This document shows, piece after piece, positions 38,509 through 46,714 of a stretch of DNA of 64,000 nt (positions are counted from its first letter, which is position 1; each line of letters starts with the position of its first letter). The notes beneath the pieces are model-generated. The model searched no databases and was not told the DNA's origin. It saw nothing but the letters and a program-made list of their open reading frames with translations. The position numbers and the translations under genes were made by a program. Origin of the DNA: Candidatus Aenigmatarchaeota archaeon (GTDB lineage: Archaea; Aenigmatarchaeota; Aenigmatarchaeia; QMZP01; QMZT01); NCBI GenBank assembly GCA_043808015.1, contig JAZDFI010000029.1:7003-71002 (forward strand), given 5' to 3'.

Positions 38509-39534
38509 TCACTTGTTCACTGTCGCATTTGTGATATTCCCTATTCCGGTTTCTATTTCTGACTGTATGTCGTCGATTGTTTTGTATTTGCCAAGGCCGC
38601 CAGTCAGGTTGTCCACAGGCTTCATGATATTTTCAGGTATTTCATTCGCCACAATCTCCTTGTAGTTGTCTATGGTGTCGGCAATTCTCTCGTTCGCCTG
38701 GCCGACGAACGGCACCATGAGAACGAGAAATGAAATTATCACCACCGGGAGAAGCAGGTATTCTATCACTATCATGTTGTTTATCTTGTGAAACTCGATG
38801 TCTATTTTTTTCATGAGCAGAAGTATTGAAAGGGGAATGACTATCAGCAGTATCATGCTCAGCGGGAAGCCGTACTGCAGCAGTGAAACCACGTAAGAGA
38901 ATGCGCCCAGAAGGCCGATCGCCACGAACATCTTTTTGTTGCCCTTTATGATGCTGCCCTTGAACTTGAATTTGTATATGAGGTAACTGGCCATGTAAAC
39001 CAGGGAAAACGCCATTATTATCCAGAAGGGGAATTTTGAAATGTCGGACGTGAGGGCGAACCATCCGCACGAATATTTTAGGAACTCTATGACCGTCATG
39101 TTGACCGCTGTCTTGCGCAGGCTTTTCTTGAAGCGCGCGCGCGGCGACGAGTGCAGCAGGTTGAGAAAAAGCATGGCAGTTATCATCAGGAAAAACCACT
39201 TGCTTATGAAAAACGACATACCCATTCCGACTACGATGAAAGTGGCAAGTATTATTTTGGCCTGCTTGAGGTTGATCATGTCCCCTGCCACGAGCTTCCA
39301 TTTCCTCTTCTCGGCGTCTTTCCTGTCTTCGTCGTGGTCGACGATGTCGTTGTAAACATATACAGCCGAATAGGATATCAGGAAGGCCGCCAAAGACGCG
39401 AGCGTCAGAAAGATATCCGGAACTCCCAGCAAAAACCAGAACAGTATTATTCCAAGAAGGAACTGGACCATGTTCTTGGGGAGGCTTATGGTTATGCTGT
39501 TGAAAAGGATTTTCTTTATTTTCATAAGCATCAC
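38509..39534 (-). CDS. UbiA-family prenyltransferase (membrane)
   Basis: NDIVDHDEDR (NDxxDxxxD) Asp-rich motif in a polytopic membrane protein. Start uncertain. Confidence 0.55.
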   Translation of the reverse strand: MMLMKIKKILFNSITISLPKNMVQFLLGIILFWFLLGVPDIFLTLASLAAFLISYSAVYVYNDIVDHDEDRKDAEKRKWKLVAGDMINLKQAKIILATFIVVGMGMSFFISKWFFLMITAMLFLNLLHSSPRARFKKSLRKTAVNMTVIEFLKYSCGWFALTSDISKFPFWIIMAFSLVYMASYLIYKFKFKGSIIKGNKKMFVAIGLLGAFSYVVSLLQYGFPLSMILLIVIPLSILLLMKKIDIEFHKINNMIVIEYLLLPVVIISFLVLMVPFVGQANERIADTIDNYKEIVANEIPENIMKPVDNLTGGLGKYKTIDDIQSEIETGIGNITNATVNK

Positions 39535-39543
39535 ATATAGATT

Positions 39544-40308
39544 TCAGGCCGGCTCCTTTTTATGCATTTCCCGCACCTTTCGTGCGCGGAATATTATGGT
39601 TGAGGCAAAGGTTGTTTTCCTGGCGAACGCGGAGTCGACGGCATTCCATAGTCTTTCCTGCCATTTTTTGCGCGAGCCGTCCGCCATCACCGGAGTACCT
39701 TTTATCTTTTCAATAGAGAAGCCATGCATCTCCAGCAGCTCTTTAAGAGAACGCTTTGTGAAGGCGTGTATGTGGCCTACGCCCTCCTTTATGAAAGGGT
39801 TGCCAGTGTACGTTTTCAGGGACGACTCTATCCACGTCGGCATGAAACCCAGGAAAAGGAAGCCGCGGTTATACCATGAGGCTATGTTCGGCACGGAAAT
39901 GACCAGGCAACCATTCGTCTTAAGCGAACGGTTTATGTTGGTGAGAAGGTTCTCGGTATCATAAATATGCTCTATCACGTCACCGCAGAAAACGGCATCG
40001 AAGCTGTTTTTTTCGAACGGAAATTCCTTGTCTATGTTGGCGGTCTTGGCGTCTATCCCTTTTTTTCCGGCCTCGGCCACGGCATCCGCGCTTATGTCTA
40101 TGCCATAAACCTTCGCCCCGGTTTCCTTGGATATGATCGCAGAAATGAAGCCGTCACCACAACCCACGTCCAGGATTTTTCCGTTCTTCTGGCCGCTGAA
40201 AAACTCCAGGACTACTTTTATTTTTTTCTCCTGTATTTTGTAGTATTTTCCGGATTCCTTGGCGAAAATATTGGAGTAGAAATTCTTGTTGTATTCGTTT
40301 GTGTCCAT
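39544..40308 (-). CDS. Class I SAM-dependent methyltransferase
   Basis: ILDVGCGDG motif I, plus DAVFCGDVIEH. Confidence 0.8.
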   Translation of the reverse strand: MDTNEYNKNFYSNIFAKESGKYYKIQEKKIKVVLEFFSGQKNGKILDVGCGDGFISAIISKETGAKVYGIDISADAVAEAGKKGIDAKTANIDKEFPFEKNSFDAVFCGDVIEHIYDTENLLTNINRSLKTNGCLVISVPNIASWYNRGFLFLGFMPTWIESSLKTYTGNPFIKEGVGHIHAFTKRSLKELLEMHGFSIEKIKGTPVMADGSRKKWQERLWNAVDSAFARKTTFASTIIFRARKVREMHKKEPA

Positions 40309-40369
40309 GGTAAAGGATTGTGGCCTCCAGTTATAAAAACGTATAAAAACGGAACGTCATTATAATTGT

Positions 40370-41878
40370 ATGGATTTGGTGAAAGCGCTGGAATCGCTGA
40401 GTCCCATTGAAAGGAGCGTGCTGCCGCACATCAAAGACGGCATGGAGCTCCGTGCAATAGCAAGGGACGCTAAATTGCAGGAAATAGAAGTCATGCGCGC
40501 CATCCAGTGGCTCGAAAACAAGGGCATGATAAAAGTTTCATCTTCCGCAAAAGACGTCGTTGTCGTTGGAAGCAACGGAAAGCTTTACATGAAAACCGGC
40601 TTACCTGAAAAGCGGTTTCTGGAGGCGCTTTCAGGAAAAATGAGCATTGATGACATCAAAAAGGTGACCAAGCTCGACGACAATGAAATAAGGATATGCC
40701 TTGGTCTGCTGAAAGCCAGATACGCGATTTCCATAATTGGTAATGTAATAGAACCGACCAGCGAGTGTGAGCGCATACTAAAAGAGGGTTTTGCGGAAGA
40801 AGCATTTCTCAAAAGCCTGCCGAAAAACTTCGATGGGCTGAGCGATGACGAAAAGATGCTTTTCGCCAGGCTTGCTAAAAGAAGGGACATCGTCCTGAAA
40901 GAAACGGCGAAACTGAGATTCGTGGAACTCACTGAGCTCGGCAAAAAACTTGCTGCCGGCTCAAAAAAAATAAAGATGGACCTCATAGAGTCGCTAACGC
41001 CGCAGATGCTCAGGGAAAAAACATGGAGCGGCAAGAAGTTCAGGAGATATGACATAAAGACAGGTGTGCCGAAAATAAACCCGGGCAAGAGGCAGCCGTA
41101 CAGCGAATTCCTGCAGGACGTGCGAGAACGACTGGTGTCGCTCGGATTCGAGGAAATGCACGGGCCTGTAATAGAGACTGAATTTTTCAATTTTGATGCG
41201 CTTTACCAGCCGCAGAACCACCCGGCAAGGGACTGGAGCGCCACTTACAGAATCAGGGAACCGAAATACGGCGACCTGCCTGAAAAAAGCATAGTTGCGT
41301 CAGTCAAAAAGGCCCATGAAAGGGGTATCGGTGGCTCTAGCGGATGGGGTTATAAGTGGGACAGCAAAATCGCGGCCCGTCTGATGCCAAGGGCGCATGA
41401 TACTGCCATATCACCCAGGTTTCTTGAGAAGGGTGTCAAGATACCAGGCAAATATTTCAGCCTCGTCCGCTGTTACAGGCCGGATGTCATCGACGCGACC
41501 CATGGCGTCGAATTCAGCCAGCTTGGCGGTTTTGTCATAGGCAATGATCTTAATTTCAGGCATCTGCTCGGCCTGCTGAAACAATTCGTATTCGAAATAA
41601 CTGGCATAGAAGACGTGCGCTTCTCGCCGGACTATTTTCCTTTCACGGAACCTTCGGTCCAGATTGCCGCAAAACACCCGAAGCTTGGCTGGATGGAGCT
41701 TGCCGGGGCTGGTATTTTCAGGCCGGAACTCACTCTGCCCATGGGTGTCAAAGAGCCGGTAATAGCGTGGGGCTTCGGCATAGACAGGCTTGCCATGATA
41801 AAGCTCGGTATAAAGGACATACGCGACATATTTTCGAATGATATAGAATTCTTGAGGAAAGCCGGAAAGGTGTTTTGA
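40370..41878 (+). CDS. pheS: Phenylalanyl-tRNA synthetase alpha subunit
   Basis: N-terminal wHTH repeats and C-terminal class II catalytic core (HPARD...FRPE...GFGIDRL). Confidence 0.9.
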   Translation: MDLVKALESLSPIERSVLPHIKDGMELRAIARDAKLQEIEVMRAIQWLENKGMIKVSSSAKDVVVVGSNGKLYMKTGLPEKRFLEALSGKMSIDDIKKVTKLDDNEIRICLGLLKARYAISIIGNVIEPTSECERILKEGFAEEAFLKSLPKNFDGLSDDEKMLFARLAKRRDIVLKETAKLRFVELTELGKKLAAGSKKIKMDLIESLTPQMLREKTWSGKKFRRYDIKTGVPKINPGKRQPYSEFLQDVRERLVSLGFEEMHGPVIETEFFNFDALYQPQNHPARDWSATYRIREPKYGDLPEKSIVASVKKAHERGIGGSSGWGYKWDSKIAARLMPRAHDTAISPRFLEKGVKIPGKYFSLVRCYRPDVIDATHGVEFSQLGGFVIGNDLNFRHLLGLLKQFVFEITGIEDVRFSPDYFPFTEPSVQIAAKHPKLGWMELAGAGIFRPELTLPMGVKEPVIAWGFGIDRLAMIKLGIKDIRDIFSNDIEFLRKAGKVF

Positions 41879-43551
41879 TGCCAACGATAGAAATTTCGCT
41901 TAAGGACATGAGCAGGCTGGTGCGCAAGAAATTATCATTGACGGAGCTAGCGACTGCGCTGCAATACGTAAAAGGCGAAATCGAATCTTCGGACGGCGAC
42001 AGGTTGAAAATAGAGATAGCTGACAGCAACAGGCCTGACCTCTGGTCTGCCGAGGGCATAGCCAGGGAGTTGCGGTCGAGGTACGTCAATGAAAGGGGTC
42101 TCGCTAAATTCAAAACCAAAAAGTCAGGCCTCAAGGTAATAGTCGAAAAGAGCCTCAGAAACATAAGGCCGAGAACCGTCTGTGCGGTTGTCCGCGGTCT
42201 TCGCATAGATGATGAAACGCTTTTCCAGATGATTCAGCTGCAGGAAAAAATATGCGAGAATTTCGGCAGGAGAAGAAAGGAAGTGGCGCTGGGAATATAC
42301 GACTACAGCAGGATTTCACCGCCAATTTATTTCAGGGCGTACGGCCCGGAAGATATAAAATTCGTACCGCTCGACTTCAATGTGGATATGAGCCTCAAGG
42401 CCATACTTGCAGAGCATCCGAAAGGTAAGGAATACGCGCATCTTCTCGCCGGTATGAAAAAATATCCTATCTTCATAGATTCGATGGACCACGTGCTTTC
42501 CATGCCGCCGGTCATAAACTCCGACTTCAGCGGCAAGGTCACGAAGGCGACGAAAGACGTGTTCATCGAATGCTCGGGATTCAGCATGAAATTCCTCCTG
42601 CCCGCACTCAACATAATGGTCGCGGCCCTCGCCGACAGGGGCGGGCGCGTCGAGACTGTCGATGTCGTTTTCCCGGACGGCAAAATGCAGACGCCGGATT
42701 TCACCTCGAAAAAAATACTGGTAAATCCTGATAGAGCAAGGCATATTTCAGGTTTGCATTTAACCGATGCCGATATTGCAAAGCTTCTGATGAAAGCAAG
42801 ATACGGCGTGAAAAAAGAGCGTGGCGCGCTGGCCGTTCTCGTCCCGTCATACAGGCAGGACGTGATGCACGAAGTTGATGTGATAGAAGACATGATTATA
42901 TCATACAGTTACAATAAAATAGAGCCCATCACGCCTTCCCTGGCCAGCACCGGAAAGCTGACGCCGGTTAATAATTTCGTTAAAAAAATAACCGAGCTTA
43001 TGGTCGGCCTCGGCAACCAGGAAGTCCTTTCATACACTCTTACCAACAGGGAGAACATGATAAAGAAGATGAACCTCGAAGGTATGAAAATCATAGAAAT
43101 AAACAATCCGGTTTCAAAAAACTGGAGCGTTTTCAGGACATGGATAACACCTTCGCTAATCGAATTCATGTCGAACAACACCAACAAGGAATACCCCCAG
43201 CGCGTGTTCGAAATAGGCGAGGTCGTCGTTTACGACGCCAAAGCGGAAACCAGAAGCAATAATCCCGTGATGCTCGCGCTGGCCTGCGCCGGGTCTGACG
43301 CCAACTTTACACTGGCCAGGCAGCAATTGGACTTCGTGCTGAGAACGATAGGCATTGAATACGTTGTAGAGGAAACCGAGCACTGTTCCTTCATAACAGG
43401 AAGGGTTGGAATCGTTTATGCTAAAGGCCGGGAAATCGCATGCCTGGGGGAAATACACCCCAAAGTCCTTTCTAATTTTGGCATAGAACAGCCGGTATGC
43501 ACTTTCGAAATGAACCTTAGCGAAATTCTCGCGCTGGTCGAAAAAAAATAA
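41875..43551 (+). CDS. pheT: Phenylalanyl-tRNA synthetase beta subunit
   Basis: Overlaps the pheS stop (ATGA). B3/B4 and B5 domain pattern. 558 aa as in archaeal PheT. Confidence 0.9.
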   Translation: MMPTIEISLKDMSRLVRKKLSLTELATALQYVKGEIESSDGDRLKIEIADSNRPDLWSAEGIARELRSRYVNERGLAKFKTKKSGLKVIVEKSLRNIRPRTVCAVVRGLRIDDETLFQMIQLQEKICENFGRRRKEVALGIYDYSRISPPIYFRAYGPEDIKFVPLDFNVDMSLKAILAEHPKGKEYAHLLAGMKKYPIFIDSMDHVLSMPPVINSDFSGKVTKATKDVFIECSGFSMKFLLPALNIMVAALADRGGRVETVDVVFPDGKMQTPDFTSKKILVNPDRARHISGLHLTDADIAKLLMKARYGVKKERGALAVLVPSYRQDVMHEVDVIEDMIISYSYNKIEPITPSLASTGKLTPVNNFVKKITELMVGLGNQEVLSYTLTNRENMIKKMNLEGMKIIEINNPVSKNWSVFRTWITPSLIEFMSNNTNKEYPQRVFEIGEVVVYDAKAETRSNNPVMLALACAGSDANFTLARQQLDFVLRTIGIEYVVEETEHCSFITGRVGIVYAKGREIACLGEIHPKVLSNFGIEQPVCTFEMNLSEILALVEKK

Positions 43552-44316
43552 TCATCTGCCATGAAGCCAGTTGAAAAGCCTGTAGCTTAACTGTATTTTC
43601 GGTGTGTAAGTTTCTCCGATGAGGCTGGCCGCTATGGCCCTTATGTGCTGCGCGGCTGGGGAACGCGGATTGTAAACGACAACCGGCTCTTTCATGGCAA
43701 TCGCCTTTCGCACTTCTCTGTCCTCCGGCACTGTACCTATTATGGGAAGGCCTATCATCCTCTCTATGTGTTCTGCCGGGAGCTCGTGCGTTTCGTTTTT
43801 CACCCTGTTGAGAATTATGCCGAGGTTGTGTGTTGAACACTTGTTTGACATCATGGTAAGCTTGAAGGCGTCCGTGACTGCCGGGAGCTCCGGATTTGTA
43901 ACTGTCAATAGCTCGTCGGCCGCTTCCATGGCCGCCACGGATTCCTTGCCCAGTCCGGCTGGCGTGTCGATGAGTATGAAATCATGGCCTTCGAGCAGCT
44001 TGTAAAGCACATCGATATAATGATGGGATTTTATATTCTTTGTTTTTCTCATGGATATGTCCGCAGGTATGACCTTGAAGCCGGTTTTATGTGTGTAAAG
44101 AACGTCGCTGACCTTTGCCCTGCCTTCAAAAACGTCATGTATTGTTTTGGGGTACAAATGCATGCCGAGATGCAGTGCCAGATTCGACGTCGTCAGGTTG
44201 GCGTCGATGGCCACTACCGATTTGCCATATTGTGCCAAAGCCGCGGCGAGATTCGCGACGAGCGTCGTTTTGCCCACCCCGCCTTTACCAGAAGAAATTG
44301 CTATTATGCGTGTCAT
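43552..44316 (-). CDS. minD: MinD/ParA-family P-loop ATPase
   Basis: Deviant Walker A SGKGGVGKTT. 254 aa. Confidence 0.8.
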   Translation of the reverse strand: MTRIIAISSGKGGVGKTTLVANLAAALAQYGKSVVAIDANLTTSNLALHLGMHLYPKTIHDVFEGRAKVSDVLYTHKTGFKVIPADISMRKTKNIKSHHYIDVLYKLLEGHDFILIDTPAGLGKESVAAMEAADELLTVTNPELPAVTDAFKLTMMSNKCSTHNLGIILNRVKNETHELPAEHIERMIGLPIIGTVPEDREVRKAIAMKEPVVVYNPRSPAAQHIRAIAASLIGETYTPKIQLSYRLFNWLHGR

Positions 44317-44369
44317 GCTATAGTCTTGTCTTCAAAAAGTTATAAAACTATCCTGTCAGAAACGCGGAG

Positions 44370-44476
44370 CGGACCTGGGGGGATTTTCGCTTAAGCCTTT
44401 TAGTTAAAAGACTTGTTTCGAACCCCCGACCTTTAGCTTAGGAGGCTACTGCTCTATCCAACTGAGCTACAGGCCC
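44370..44476 (-). tRNA. tRNA-Arg (anticodon CCU) carrying a 33-nt intron in the T-loop (between positions 59 and 60)
   Basis: Reverse complement reads GGGCCUG-UA-GCUC-AGUUGGAUA-GAGC-A-GUAGC-CUCCUAA-GCUAA-AGGUC-GGGGG-UUCGAA[33 nt]U-CCCCC-CAGGUCC-G. Cloverleaf stems pair: acceptor 7 bp including G3.U70, D 4 bp, anticodon 4 bp plus one G.A, T 5 bp. Insert ACAAGUCUUUUAACUAAAAGGCUUAAGCGAAAA can itself fold into a hairpin. No CCA encoded. Confidence 0.6.
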
Positions 44477-44496
44477 GTCGCTAGCGCTGTTTAATG

Positions 44497-46041
44497 TTAT
44501 AGTTTGAACAGGTTTTTAAAGAAGTTTATCACGCCATCGAGCGCCGAAGAGAACCAGTCATCATTCGTTTTCGAGATTATTTTTCCGGTGGGTATGTTTA
44601 TTGATTCATCATTTTGTGCGTCGTTTTTTGAGCCATTTTTATCCAGAACATTTTTTGTATTCCCGTCATCCTTTGCCTGTCCCGTGTTATTAAGAAAATA
44701 ATTTTTCAGTGCGACGCCGTCATTGTTTGTATTTCTTGCGTTCGTTACGCCGGTTGCATTGCACGTTGTCTTGTTTTCACACTTGCAAGCCTGACACGGC
44801 GGGCAGGAGCATGGCTTGGATGTTTCGATTGTTTTTGTTTTGCATAAAGAAGTTGCTTGGCCTTCTATTTTCAGTTCGCCATAATCCCGCGAATCGAGGC
44901 CTTCGGTCCTGACCGCATAGCTTCCGTTCGCATAATTGCCGTCGCAGTTGGGGTTTATTTGCAGCGGGATTGTAATTGTCTGGTTGGAAAATTTTTCATA
45001 AACGTTAAGGTTCGCCTTTGCTATTTTTGTTCCGGCTGCATTTTCTATCCAGACATCTATTGAACTCTTTGTCGTGTCGCCTTTGTAAACATTGACAACG
45101 ACATCAACCATGTCGCCGAACTTCGCTTTTTTGTCGGAGCCTACGTCGATTTCCAGTATTTTTATTGATGATTCTTTTACCGGTGGTTCGCCGCCGACCA
45201 CGACGATTTTGTCCGCATGGTTGTTGGAAGCGCCGGTGTCGTTGCATCCGAAAACATAAAGATGCGCCATGATGCGATACGCTTCAGTCCCCTTTGTCGC
45301 TGGTGGTGTCCACTCCCTGGAGATGTTTTCATTGCATTCCATGGCCGCAGACGAATTGTGTTTTGCTTTGATGGCCGCGCCGAACAAATCCTCTATCCAG
45401 TATTCTACGACAACGTCTTTTTTCATACACGACGCGTCTTTTAAAACCAAAAAATAGTTCTGTTTTTCACCTGAATTAAAAAATTGCTCTGATGCTATTG
45501 CGATTGATATGTCGCACGCATCCGCAACGGTCTCGTTGGTCTGGTTGTACGGTTCGCCCGCGCACGCGTTTTCGCGGCCGGGGGTCGATACATTCTGCTG
45601 GACTAATGCATCCGCGCAAATACCATAAGAAACATTCGCATCAGACCCCGAGTATATGATACTCTGGAGAGCGACTGAATTTTTGTACAGGGTGATGTTG
45701 CTCCCGGTGTTAGTCAGCCTCAGCGACTTGCCCTCCAGCAGTTTAACGCCTTCTGTATTCCACATCTCGCCAAATACGCTGGCGTTTCTTGTGATTAACA
45801 AATATTCTCCGGCTGAAAGCGAACTGTTGATTATCGTCTGGTATTTTCCAGTCTCCAGCAAGAGGCTCTCCGCTTCGACTGGCTCGCTTATAAAAATTTC
45901 CAGCCATTCGGAGCAGTCGGAGCAGTTATCGGCCGGGTCTGGCATGAATTCGCTCACGAAAATCGCCTGTGAACTTCCTGCTAAAATCAGAAACAACAAC
46001 GACATTATCGATAAAATAAGCAGTTCAGAACCATGCTTCAT
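44497..46041 (-). CDS. Secreted protein with lamin-tail-domain (LTD) motif and Cys-rich C-terminal region
   Basis: Signal peptide, then FVSEFMPDPADNCSDCSEWLEIF (LTD-like N..P..D..EWIEL motif), Asn sequons, and C-terminal CSCPPCQACKC cluster. Confidence 0.55.
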   Translation of the reverse strand: MKHGSELLILSIMSLLFLILAGSSQAIFVSEFMPDPADNCSDCSEWLEIFISEPVEAESLLLETGKYQTIINSSLSAGEYLLITRNASVFGEMWNTEGVKLLEGKSLRLTNTGSNITLYKNSVALQSIIYSGSDANVSYGICADALVQQNVSTPGRENACAGEPYNQTNETVADACDISIAIASEQFFNSGEKQNYFLVLKDASCMKKDVVVEYWIEDLFGAAIKAKHNSSAAMECNENISREWTPPATKGTEAYRIMAHLYVFGCNDTGASNNHADKIVVVGGEPPVKESSIKILEIDVGSDKKAKFGDMVDVVVNVYKGDTTKSSIDVWIENAAGTKIAKANLNVYEKFSNQTITIPLQINPNCDGNYANGSYAVRTEGLDSRDYGELKIEGQATSLCKTKTIETSKPCSCPPCQACKCENKTTCNATGVTNARNTNNDGVALKNYFLNNTGQAKDDGNTKNVLDKNGSKNDAQNDESINIPTGKIISKTNDDWFSSALDGVINFFKNLFKL

Positions 46042-46108
46042 GAAATGATTGTGAAATATATGTTAAAATAGTTATGTTTAAACATATGTTTAAACATTTT
46101 TCAGGTTT

Positions 46109-46648
46109 TCACACACAGTCGGAACAAATCCATCTGCCGTTCGTGTTTCTAAGTTCCTCGGAAAATTCACTGCACTTCTCGCAAATGCCGGATATTATTT
46201 CGTTGGGGCGCGCGACTATTTCTGCCCTGGCTTTCAGCCTCTCCGAAAGGATTTCAACAAGCTCAGGCGAGACAGTTATTATTTCCCTTGTCGAAACTAT
46301 GCCTTTCAGCTCGCCGTTCTCCACTACCGGGAATCTTTTGTAGCCGGTCTTGAGCATTTTTTTGGCGACCTTCATCATGCTCTCGTCCGAAGAAATGGTG
46401 ATGAAAGGTCTTTTCATGCTGGCCCAGTAATCCCCCGCCTTGACTTTCTTGAGGTCCTTCTCCTTTGCGACCAGCGTAACGATATCGTTCGTTGTTATGA
46501 GGCCGATGGGTTTGTTTTCGCTGATTATGACCACGCAGCCGATCTTGTTGTTCGTAAGGATTTTGGCTATGGTCGACATGTTCATTTTAGGGTCAATGGT
46601 GACCACGTGCTTCTTCATCACGTCTCTTACTCTTATCATCGAAAACAC
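46109..46648 (-). CDS. CBS-pair protein with C-terminal zinc ribbon
   Basis: Two CBS domains and CEKCSEF...CSDC. Confidence 0.65.
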   Translation of the reverse strand: MFSMIRVRDVMKKHVVTIDPKMNMSTIAKILTNNKIGCVVIISENKPIGLITTNDIVTLVAKEKDLKKVKAGDYWASMKRPFITISSDESMMKVAKKMLKTGYKRFPVVENGELKGIVSTREIITVSPELVEILSERLKARAEIVARPNEIISGICEKCSEFSEELRNTNGRWICSDCV

Positions 46649-46714
46649 CCCGATTATATTCGTCGAACAGACTTTTTAAGCGTGTTTTATGGCATCGTAG
46701 CTGGCGCGATTCAG

